Below, one piece after another: positions 51,426 to 64,000 of a stretch of 64,000 nucleotides of DNA. Under the pieces are notes generated by a model, which worked only from the letters and a program-made list of their open reading frames with translations, was not told the DNA's origin and made no database searches. Source of the stretch: Octopus vulgaris (Eukaryota); contig OX597826.1 of NCBI GenBank assembly GCA_951406725.2, positions 66,960,001 to 67,024,000 on the forward strand. The letters are read 5' to 3'. Positions within the stretch are counted from its first letter, which is position 1; the number at the start of each line of letters is the position of its first letter. Position numbers and translations under genes: made by a program.

Positions 51426-51981
51426 CACACACGCACTTATATATATTTATATCTACGCATACAGCTATGTATATATATATATATGTATGTATATGCACAT
51501 ATACATACACACACATATAAAATATAAACACACGCTCATACACATAGATATAGGCACACACACAAACTGACACGCACACTCACAAACTGACACGCACACA
51601 CACATACACACACACACACACACACACGCACACACACATGGCTAGTATGCATGCATGCTTCTGCAGACCGCTCCTGCGTTCACACTTCAGGCAACGCCAA
51701 TTTACAGAGTTCGTCACAAAACGACGAATCTCGGTAAAATGGCCCATACCACGTGGGAGACTCCCTCAGCCAATCATACGCTTCACTGCTTGTAATCAGC
51801 TGTGAAATACTAATTTACTTCAGTGAGTGATGAATGAATTGGCAGGGCTTAATTGAATTGCATCCACCTCCTACAACCCATTCTCCGACCCCTGGTGGGA
51901 CTAGAATTACGGAAGGCGCTTTAAGCACAGCAAACTAAGTTATTTGTTGTAAATATTTCATGTATCTTAAAGCAGCAAGCT

Positions 51982-52270
51982 GTGGAGGCGCAATGGCCCA
52001 GTGGCTAGGGCTGCGGACTCGTGGTCGGAGGATCGCGGTTTCAATTTCCAGACTGGGCGTTGTGTGTGTTTATTGATCGAAAACACCTAAAATGCTCCAC
52101 AAGGCTCCGGCAGGGGGTGGTGGCAACCCCTTTTGTACTCTTTCGCCCCAACTTTCTCTCTCTCTTTCTTCCTGTTTCTTGGGTAAAGCTGCGATGGACT
52201 GGCGTCCCCTCCAGCTGGGGGGGGGGAACCGGGATCACGAGCCTGGCTAGGCTTGAAAAAGGTGCATAAA
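51982..52270 (+). mobile_element. tRNA(Arg)-like SINE family D
   Basis: gtggaggcgcaatggcccagtggctagggctgcggactcgtggtcggaggatcgcggtttcaatttcc head; body shared with 36505-36703. Confidence 0.82.
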
Positions 52271-52281
52271 TAAAATAATAA

Positions 52282-52490
52282 GGCAGCAAGCTGGCAGAAT
52301 CGTTAGCCAGGGGGACAAAACCCTTAACGGCATTCCATTCGTTCGCATGTTCTGAGTTCAAATTCCACCGAGGTCGACTTTTCCTTTTAATCCTTTGGAG
52401 CGTCGTTAAAATATGTACCAATCAAGTACTAGGGGTCAATGTAGCCCCTTCCCCGAAACTGCTGGCCTTGAGCCAAAGTTTGAAATCGAT
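52282..52490 (+). mobile_element. SINE family B
   Basis: ggcagcaagctggcagaatcgttagc...ttctgagttcaaattccaccgaggtcgact. Confidence 0.8.
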
Positions 52491-52750
52491 AATTCATGGA
52501 CCTTGTGTCATGCGCAGTGGTAATGGCTACGGGCAATGTTTGGCGTTCTCTTCATCGTTTCCCGCCGTTATTAGAAGTTGAATGCATATCACTGCGTAAT
52601 GGCGTCGTGCATGTATCTTCACCTCCTCGGCGCCTCGCCCCCGTTGCCTTTTATCACAAAAACCTCCATCTTTACCTCATCGCTTTATTTTGTTCCCTTA
52701 TAATTCAATCACATTACCACATACATGCCTCTACTACTACCACCACCACC

Positions 52751-52825
<75 letters not shown>

Positions 52826-53054
52826 GTTACTACTGCTGCTACTGCTGCTGCTGCTGCTGCTGTTGCTCTTATGTCTTTACCATCACTATTAGCATCAACA
52901 TCATGACAACCATCACTACCACCACCACCACAACCATCATCATCATCATCTTCAGCATGACCATCATTTCATTATTGTCATGACTACTATCATCTCTTCT
53001 GCATCATCCAACCACTACTGCTACCGCCGCCACCACCACCATACTGGAGCATCT

Positions 53055-53157
53055 TGCTGAAGACACTTGCTCAAAGTGCCACGCAGAGGGACTGAACCCA
53101 GAACCATGTGGTTGGTAAGCAAACTTTTTACCACACAGCCACTCATGCACCTGCGCC
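53055..53157 (-). mobile_element. SINE family A head
   Basis: gaagacacttgc...gggactgaacccagaaccatgtggttgg...accacacagccact. Confidence 0.8.
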
Positions 53158-53785
53158 TTTATATATATATATATAAACTAAAAAAAAATAGATATACAAT
53201 ACACAGAAATAGATCTTGTGCAACGTCTTTGAGACACTAATGTGAATCATTTGTCTCGCAGCAAGCCGCATTGTTAAAGCTAGGCTCAGTTGAGCCTTGG
53301 TTCTTTTCTGTCACATGTAATGTAATGTAAGGATTGTAGTATGCAACAAACCATCGACATTAGACTAACCGACGAGCTAACTTCCACCAGCAAGTGGATA
53401 TACATAGGAATTGACAAGGAAATAGTCTTCAATGACGTAGAAATGCTGATTTGTTCGTTAGACAGGAAAACGTCAAGAATTGTTACGAAATTCTGACACA
53501 TTAAAAATGTTTGAAGCAATAATGTGAGAACGTTCATTAAATAGACACACTTGTATAAACCTGCGCAAATATGCGTGCATTTAAGAATGTGTGTTATTGT
53601 GCCTGTATGTATGTTTGCATATATGTGCACTGACACACACACACACACAGGCATATATATATATGTATATATATATATATATGTGTGTGTGTGTACGTGT
53701 ACACACACACATGCAAAGTTATATATGTATACATACGGGTGCAGATACAAACACAAGTGTGCGTATGAGCGTATATATATGTATG

Positions 53786-53894
<109 letters not shown>

Positions 53895-53953
53895 CTACAT
53901 GCACAAATAAATAACATACAAACAGAAAAACTCACAGACACACATACTTGTGC

Positions 53954-53987
<34 letters not shown>

Positions 53988-54024
53988 TTCTATACACATA
54001 TATATATATATATATATATATATC

Positions 54025-54077
<53 letters not shown>

Positions 54078-55137
54078 GGAGAGAGAGAGAGAGGGAGAGT
54101 CATTCACAGACATACGTGTTTGTGTTGCTGTGCACATATACGCATATATGTACATCTATATATCTACACGTGTATGTATATCTATCCACATGCACACCCC
54201 CACGCGCACACACACATACATCCGCACCTTCACGCATGCACAACAACTTGTATAAGACTTGTAAATTTACTCCATACATTTCCTTTCAACCTTATATTTC
54301 TTTCTTCTTCTTTCTCACTTTATATTCTCTCTTCTTCTTTCTCACTTTATATTCTCTCACCACATATTCATTCTTTTTACTTAAATTTCGTTCGTTGTTT
54401 CTACATTCAGCTTCATTTTTATCGGTTCCTTTCCTCACTTTCATCCATTATTTATTTAGTCATTCATTTTTGTTTTATTCGGTTATTTAATTCCTGTCTT
54501 GTTTTCTTTTCCCAGACGAAAATAGCATTCTCTTAAATATGTGTAAAGTAATTAGAATTTTCTCTGTCAGGATATTTCAGTTTTAACCAAACTCTTTCCA
54601 TTTATTTGGCAGGGAAGTGTCAATATAACTCAGTATCTTCCTATATATCACAGTACTATTGCCGCTTAAAACGATCCACGAATTAAATGTTTACAGATAC
54701 AGGAATGATTGAAGAGAGATGACTTACATTTTATATACATCGTCAGCCATTTTGTTTCAATACAGAATATTGGCGAGGAATACATACAAAACACACATGC
54801 TCACAGAACGACATATATACATACATCTGTATGTATGTACATATATATGTATACACATGTAAATACATGTATATATATATATATATATCGATAGATCTAT
54901 GTATGTATAAATATATAGATAGATAGATCTATGTAGGTATATGTATAGATATATAGATGTGTGCGTATATGAGCGTGAGTGCGTGTGTATGCTTGGATCC
55001 GAACATGAATGCACCCAGAATATACGCATACAGAAAGGCATATACACATATAGATAAGCAAAGAAACACACAAACATTCATATACACATGTAGTGAATAC
55101 ATATATGTATACACAGTCATGTATATGTATGTATATA

Positions 55138-55191
<54 letters not shown>

Positions 55192-55203
55192 TATATATGT
55201 ACG

Positions 55204-55235
<32 letters not shown>

Positions 55236-55322
55236 CTCAGCACATGCACGTATATATATATATGCATATATATGTACGTATATATATATATATATATATA
55301 TATATACGTATACTAATATATT

Positions 55323-55369
<47 letters not shown>

Positions 55370-55799
55370 GTTTCGTGAATTTGTTAAACACCTGCTGCTA
55401 TTTAATTAAATTGGAGACCGATATTACATGCATAAACATGCATCCATTGCTTTGTGCACATATATGCATTGCAATACACAAATACACATTGCTGTAAGTG
55501 ATCCTTAAAGATGGCCACGTGAGGGCGTGTAAAAAAAAAGGCACACAAAACTAGTCATGTGATGTTTATGCTTTCGAGTATTGCCAAAATGATCTTTAAG
55601 GTTTAGCGCTCTTTACCAGAATCTTCTTTTTTCCACTCTCTCTTTCTCACTCTCACTCTTGCTCTCTCTATATCTGTCTCTTTCACTCTTGCTCTCTCTA
55701 TATCTGTCTCTCTCTCTTGCTCTCTCTATATATGTCTCTCTCTCTCTCTCTCTTCCAGTCTGTCTGTCTATCTATCCATCCATCCATCCATCTATCTAT

Positions 55800-55859
<60 letters not shown>

Positions 55860-55941
55860 ATATTTTCAATAATAATAATAAGGGTAACATTAATTAATTA
55901 ATTAATAATTAATAATTTCACCAAGTAGTGATATATACCTG

Positions 55942-56014
<73 letters not shown>

Positions 56015-56458
56015 GTCTGTCTGTCTGTCTGTCTGTCTGTCCCTCTTTCCTCGCTTTCTCTCTCACTCGCTCTGTCACTCTCTCTATATATACATATATA
56101 CCTACATATATGCGTACGTACATACATACATACACACATACATACATACAAACATACATAAATATATACATTCATACATACATACGTATAGTGTCGCACG
56201 AAGCAGTATCGAAGAAAATACATTCGTGCAAAGTCATATTTAAACAATTATGAAGTTGAAGTATATTGGGACATGACAAAAGACTCTAGTTGCAGAAATA
56301 ATGTAGGGAGACATTTCTCCACCCAGTCATGTGTGAAAACACAATTTTGGGGTGTTGTGTGTGACGTCTATGGAACGGTGGAGATATGCGATTGTGTGTC
56401 ATTCCACTTTGATTTGGAAACCAAACGTGTCTTTTACAGCCCGTATATGTACGAGTAA

Positions 56459-56858
56459 TCTCTATATATAAAAGTGAGGTTGTGTGGTGTCTGTCTCCTA
56501 CGATTTAGATTCCTAACTACTCCCACATTTTGCTGTGCAGTGTAACCAAAAACGGGTATCTTATAGTCGTGATTCATACCGAGCCCTTCTGGGTATTAGC
56601 GCGCGTCTACGATGAGTCTACGATTTAAAAAAAAATTACCATCAATTTTCCCATTTTTAATACATTTTTTGTTGTTGCTATTATATAAGGGAAGTAACTC
56701 TCTAAAAATGTATTATTAAATCTCAGAACGTAAAAAGCTACAGTAACACCCCCTTTCTGGTTAGCCATATTGAGATGGCTATTATACTTTACATCTCTAA
56801 AAATACTTATATAGTTATTTCCCTTACAAACCCGAGCAACGCCGGGCGATACTGCTAG
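56459..56858 (+). mobile_element. Non-autonomous Helitron
   Basis: A|TCtctatatataaaa...cccgagcaacgccgggcgatactgCTAG|T. Confidence 0.87.
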
Positions 56859-57563
56859 TTCTTATTAAAATAGTACACTGAATATTTACTGATATGCGTA
56901 ACGCTCGATAAAGCTGGAATTAGATTAAGTCGTACGAAGCAGTGTTAAGTAATAATAATGCCCGATTAGAGTCGAATTTAATACAGTCGAATGTATTCTC
57001 ACGCGGTAAATCCTCTAGCTGCGGAGATAATAGTCCGTCTGGACAAGTGTGAAAACAAATATCTTCTTGTTGTACTATCTTTGAGACTATTCTGGCTGTG
57101 AATATTAGATTTGGTTTTTGTAACTAATGAAGGTGAGTGACTCTGTAACGCATACAAGCTACGATCGAATGACGCTAACTGCAGTTCCCAAAATGAGGTG
57201 CCACTCATGCATATGTAGAAAATTTACGTCTTCAACTACTTCTGCAGCTAAAGGTCTTACCATGTCAGAATAGAAAAAAAGTGGTATGCAACTTTTTCTG
57301 GGACGTGAAATCACATCTCCTGCAAACATGACTGGCTTTCTACCATTGAACCAAAGCATTCCTACATACGAATTTGTCGATTTTAGGGACATTCTTCTTT
57401 GCTTCAAGAGTTGCAAGTTGTTGATTCTCGAGTGAACGTGAAAGAATTCTTTTTTTGTAACAGTGAAACTCAAAGCAGATGAAATAATAGTATGCAAGCT
57501 TTTGATTCCAAAAAACCTATTTGGATAGTAAACTTCGAAAGCAGCCCATGACGTCAACAATAC

Positions 57564-57920
<357 letters not shown>

Positions 57921-58686
57921 AAGTACAAGCTAGCAGGGGCACAAAATCCGGGCAGTTTTCCACAGGAGTGAATTATGTCTTGTAATGAAAATGTGTGGAT
58001 GTTACTTGTGAGGCCTCGGTTATTTTTCTTTCTTTCTTTCTTTGATTTATTTTTCTTGACATTTCTGGCTTTCAATAACAACGCGAAAATGAACAACTGT
58101 AACCAAAATTTCTGAATAAATTCAGATCGATTAATGCCGGATTAAATGGTGTATCGAAGATGAGCAGCACATACACACTGGCAAAATAGGAAACGATCAT
58201 CCGCATATTTTAATTGCAAGTGAAAATATGCTACAAAAACACACACACACACACACACACATACACACACACAAACACAAACACACACAATTTACATAAA
58301 GACATACACATAGGGACGTACTCACACATAGGCATACGACCATGGATTATTTTGGATTAAATAGAGTAATGAACTGAATGAATCACATACACCCCTCACA
58401 CACATACACACATACACACACACACACACACATACACACGTACACGTACGTACACACACACACATACGCGCCAAATAGAAATGAACGTCACGTACTAATT
58501 GCTAGTAAACATATTCAGTACACAAATGCACACGCACATTTGTATATGTGTGTGTATATATGTGACTGCGAGTGTGTGTACATATATATATATATATACA
58601 CTTTATACATGTATGTATGTACGTCCGTATGTATATATGTGTCTATATTCACACATACATACATGTGTATAGAAACACACTTATCC

Positions 58687-58717
<31 letters not shown>

Positions 58718-58832
58718 CATAGTATGTATATACGTGTCTATATTAACATATACATACATATGTATACACACACGTAGCCATATATATATACATATATACA
58801 TGTATTTATATATACATGCACGCATACACACG

Positions 58833-58909
<77 letters not shown>

Positions 58910-59400
58910 ATATATATATATTTATACACGCACACACACACATATACATGAATTATGCTCGATGATGTACGGCTTTGAATTCAATCAATAAAAACTGACA
59001 AAAAAAAAATCAAGTAAAAAATTAAGAGAAGCAAATTCTAATTGCAAGTCAAAAGATTCAATATTCAAGCACACTCATCCCCCACCCCGCACTCACACGT
59101 AAACGCCCCCGCACATACATATACACACACATATATATATATACACACAGACATCTATATACACGTATGTCTGTACACTGTGTATATAAATATACATATA
59201 TATACATATATATATACACACAGACATCTATATACACATATGTCTACACTGTGTATATAAATATACATATATACATATAATGTATATATATGTATGTATA
59301 TATACATACATACATACATACATATGTATGTATATATATATGGGTGTGTACATATATATATGTATGTATATATATATGTATATATACATATATATACGTA

Positions 59401-59443
<43 letters not shown>

Positions 59444-59957
59444 GTATATATATGTATATATACATATATATACATATGTATATGTATACACACACACACA
59501 TACACACACACACACATATATATATATGTACATCTATCTGTATATGTGTGTGTGTATTCAGGAAAAGATATAATTAACAAAGACATTAAAATGCAAGAAA
59601 TAATTGTTATATATTAGCTTAGTTATTGCAGGGCGACACATTCACAATGTAAGGGATATACATACTATAAGCATGTACACACACTCAAACACACTCACTC
59701 ACATACTTATACACATACTTATATACATACTTATACACATACATATACACATATTTATACACATACTTATACAAATCCTCAGCTTCTATCTCTAGATTGT
59801 AATTTCATATTTGTACCAATAATAATTGGTGCACTTGGTTTCGAGAGTATATAGCTAAGAGTCAAAGGGGCTAAGCAGAGGTTTTCAAGGAAAGAGTTCA
59901 ACCATCTAACGCGCACTTTACGAATGGAAGTGTTAAAGTGAAGGCATACATACATAC

Positions 59958-59988
<31 letters not shown>

Positions 59989-60123
59989 CATACATACATA
60001 CATACATACATACATACATACATACATGCATGCAGAATTCCATACACTCAGATACCCGCAGACTTTAGGCACCTTGGGAAAATCTGTTTTACTATAGCCT
60101 CGTGTCGACCAAAACAGAAAGAA

Positions 60124-60188
<65 letters not shown>

Positions 60189-60807
60189 TTTGCATCGCCA
60201 CCTACTTTGACTTCAAGATGACCAGCACATCGGAGTTGTTGTCTCCCCTTCGGTCACAGACACCAGGCAGGTGACGTTGCGAACTGATCAAAGAGATTGC
60301 TTCTCTAACGCTATTTCAGTTCCAGTACTTATCACTGCTTAGAGTTCCCATTCCGTAAATAGAAATAATGTGTCTCGTTCAAGGACGTAATGCGTCGCCA
60401 GGAATCGATCTCATGACCTTACGATCGCGAACCGAATAACCTAACCACTAAGCTACGCGCCGTCATGAACTTACACATAAACACATTTTCTCGTAAACAT
60501 ACATACAACTATATATTATTATTATGACATCACAACTCAACACGCAGATGCGTATATACCACGTGTACACACCTCATGTTGGTTTATCAACAACACGATA
60601 ATTTACAAACTTATATAGACTGTATAAAAGTTTTTTGAAAGAACCGTTGGCTGTGTACGAGACGGACACCACTGACTGTTGGAATCATTTACCATAAGTC
60701 TGTGAGGATTGCTGAACTTTCATATGGTGCCAATAATTGATTTTGGCACCATTTGGCACTGGCCACCCATCATGACTGAAGGCTAAGTACAGTGCGTGGG
60801 GAAAGGT

Positions 60808-60842
<35 letters not shown>

Positions 60843-61062
60843 AGAGAGAGGGTAGAGAGAGGGGGATAGAGAGAGTTGGATTGCAAACCGAGAGAGAAAG
60901 AAAGAAAGAGAAAATATGTTTAGGCGCGCGTGTGTTTATATACATATACACTCGCACGCACTCGTGAAGACACCACAACACACAAGAAATATGGACGTAT
61001 ACGTATCTCACCTTCGCCTATCCACATCACCATAATCTACACACACACACATATATAAGTGG

Positions 61063-61134
<72 letters not shown>

Positions 61135-61299
61135 GAGAATATTACAAACATAGAGTCAGAGAGAAAGAAGGAGCTGAAAGGAATAAAGTAAGAGAGCGTA
61201 AGAGAAGAAATTGTGAGACACAAACTCTGACACACACATACAGACGCATACATACATACATACATACATACATACATACATACATACATACATACATAC

Positions 61300-61330
<31 letters not shown>

Positions 61331-61668
61331 CATACATACATACATAAATACATAAATACATACATGCATAATACATACATATATATGTGTGTATGTATGT
61401 ATCTATGTATATGTATATATATATATTTACTTACACACATATACACAAATATACACACATACACATACACAAACACATACACTCATACACACACACCCAT
61501 AAAATATTTGTGTGTGTTCTCCCTCTCTCCCTCTGCATTCACGAGAACACACCTATACACATAGATGCACGCATACCTGCATAAACTACATACACACATA
61601 CATGAGCGAGAGAAGAAGGGCAACAGCGAAGGATTAACAGAACTGTACACGATAAGGATGAAATAATG

Positions 61669-61699
<31 letters not shown>

Positions 61700-61784
61700 T
61701 GATGATGATGATGATGATGATGATGAAGATAATAATAATAATGATAATAATAATAATAATAATGATAATAATAATAATAATAAT

Positions 61785-61827
<43 letters not shown>

Positions 61828-61838
61828 TTAATAATAAT

Positions 61839-61877
<39 letters not shown>

Positions 61878-62227
61878 GGTGTTTCATCACGGTTGATGGG
61901 AGCTGTGTTTCTGTGATTTCATGGGTTTGTAAATTCTCTATATTCTTGAAGTGTGGAATCTGAAGAGGAAGTTTCAGAGCTTTTTTTTATTGGGGTGGGG
62001 AGCAGGTGGAGTTGATGGGTGTTTAAGAAGAAGAAAAATCTGTGTTTAGTGTTTCCAGCTTCGCAGACGTCAAGGTGTGTCTAGACGTCTACAACAACGG
62101 TGAAAAATTACCTTTGTTTGCTGGAGTTAATTAAACAATATTTAGTCTGACTAAGTTCTGTGCGTATGTCCAATACATTATGCGTATGCAGTTAGAAACT
62201 GGTGAGGTTAAGTTCAACAGGAGGTGT

Positions 62228-62387
<160 letters not shown>

Positions 62388-62439
62388 TATTGGTGAATTG
62401 AAGAAATGGAGCTGAACGCAGATTGAACAGAAATCGTTT

Positions 62440-62533
62440 TATTTCATTCTACACGTGTTTCGAAAGGCACAAATTACCAAAATCCGATTGAATAATGGGA
62501 CCACATTGTGTCTTTCTCTTCAGGAAGAAAATA
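62440..62533 (-). ncRNA. Type-I hammerhead ribozyme (mirror copy in the left arm of the palindrome)
   Basis: Reverse complement of 62697-62790. Confidence 0.8.
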
Positions 62534-62696
62534 GGAAATCCGTTGGAAAAACAAAAACAGAACAGAGGCGGAGCAAAAACAAATCGAACTATGCTCCTAA
62601 GAGCCCATGGCGAAACTCGCCATGAGCTCTTAGGAGCATAGTTCGATTTGTTTTTGCTCCGCCTCTGTTCTGTTTTTGTTTTTCCAACGGATTTCC

Positions 62697-62790
62697 TATT
62701 TTCTTCCTGAAGAGAAAGACACAATGTGGTCCCATTATTCAATCGGATTTTGGTAATTTGTGCCTTTCGAAACACGTGTAGAATGAAATA
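62697..62790 (+). ncRNA. Type-I hammerhead ribozyme
   Basis: Stem I tattttcttc/gaatgaaata; CTGAAGA at 62707-62713; stem II gaaagacacaa/ttgtgcctttc; GAAA at 62769-62772; palindromic cacgtg; GTA cleavage triplet. Confidence 0.82.
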
Positions 62791-63015
62791 AAACGATTTC
62801 TGTTCAATCTGCGTTCAGCTCCATTTCTTCAATTCACCAATAATGTTTTAATTTCAATTATCCGCACCAACGCACGGTTGCAACACCATATGGTTGTACC
62901 TCCAACCGTGCTGTTTACTGCTGTGATTTTTGCTACTAAGGTATCGGTTAAACCTTTGATTAATCTACTACAAGATTATTCATCTTTCTATTTCACATTA
63001 TATATATATATATAT

Positions 63016-63078
<63 letters not shown>

Positions 63079-63359
63079 GTTAGACATGGCCTGGGCCAAT
63101 AATGGCCGAAACCTATCAAAGTATATATGTATGTATACATATATATATATAAATAGATATACATATACATATATATATAGAGATAGATATACATATATAT
63201 ATAGATATAGATATACATATACATATATATAAACATATAAATATATAAACACAGATATATACACGTGGGTGTGTGTGTATGTATGTATATATATATGTGT
63301 GCGTGTGTGTGTGTGTATGTGTGTGTGTGTGCGTGTGTGTGTGAATACATATATAAGGG

Positions 63360-63712
63360 ATGACCTCTAAGTGGACCTCAATTATGCTATAGGTAGAACC
63401 CATATGGTCTGACCACTAAGAAAGATTGTTTTTAAGAAAATTCAGCAAACGCCAGAAGGTAAGCGAGCAAGACAAATGAAAATATACAATATATAAAGAT
63501 TAATCACAAATCCGATTTCATTGTTACCATTTACGTAATTACTTACGTAAATGTCCGGGTTTGTGATTAATCTTTGTATTTTTGTATCTTTTCATTTGTC
63601 TTGCTCGCTTACATTCTGGCGTTTGCTGAATTTACTTAAGAACAATCTTTTCTTAGTGGTCAGACCATATGGGGTCCACCTCTAGCATAATGGATGTCCA
63701 CTTAGTGGTCAT
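63360..63712. repeat. Imperfect ~350-bp palindrome
   Basis: For example catatggtctgaccactaagaaa pairs with tttcttagtggtcagaccatatg; centre catttacgtaa-ttac-ttacgtaaatg at ~63528-63553. Confidence 0.9.
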
Positions 63713-63759
63713 TATTCTAATATGTATGTAATATAATTTTTCTGAATCTTCAGATTTTT

Positions 63760-64000
63760 CAATATGCTAGGCTACTGGTTTTAAATTGATATCAATGAAA
63801 TTAATATTCAATTTTTCACCCTTATTGTTTAAATTTAAATAACCATGATTTCTAACCGGTAAAATTCTCTGCTGAGAATTATTTTCTGTATAATTATTCC
63901 CGGTATTTTGGCAAGCCAAAACGAAGAATTTTGAAATATGACCCCAAATATAACTGGTAGAACTATATGCATGTCCAATCTCAAGTGGACGTCTCGTGTA
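63760..64000 (-). pseudogene. Possible decayed C-terminus of a PLE GIY-YIG endonuclease
   Basis: Minus strand, mixing frames: IGHAYSSTSYI...GIIIQ/ENNSQQR...LE(S)W. This is loosely like the PLE pattern H...I+xxExxxxxRxxLESWxI. Weak and frameshifted. Confidence 0.35.

Noticed and set aside
51982-52055. Functional tRNA genes here and at 25400-25470, 36630-36703 and 37223-37290
   Set aside because: Cloverleafs are incomplete and each continues into a shared SINE body.
56999-57560. ORFs in unique-looking sequence
   Set aside because: No recognisable motif and several stops in the plus frames; it may be an old transposon relic but that cannot be supported.
62449-62775. 108-aa ORF across the palindrome
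   Set aside because: A by-product of the inverted repeat with no protein features.

Overview
Eukaryotic, repeat-saturated intronic or intergenic DNA. The repeat families and the extreme microsatellite load suggest a cephalopod (Octopus-like) genome; this is an inference. No host protein-coding gene is recognisable, and nearly all ORFs in the track are microsatellite translations. The window contains several tRNA-derived SINE families in many copies, a decayed mariner with both TIRs (26054-27246), the 3' part of a piggyBac (24110-24915), two non-autonomous Helitrons, MITEs and Penelope-like element (PLE) ORF remnants. Three observations stand out. (1) Several unrelated type-I hammerhead ribozyme motifs, including a twin pair in a near-perfect 463-bp palindrome (62384-62846) and one in a short element next to an inverted tRNA-like fragment (12841-13131). 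(2) An array of about 25-28 copies of a 21-bp core (CTCGGAACTTTCCAGGAAGTC) separated by variable pyrimidine-rich spacers, overlapping NF-kB-, STAT-, ETS- and HSE-like motifs (22680-24015). (3) SINE multimers that share one junction at three independent loci, two of them bounded by 17-bp target-site duplications. All calls were read by eye and coordinates of decayed repeats are approximate.
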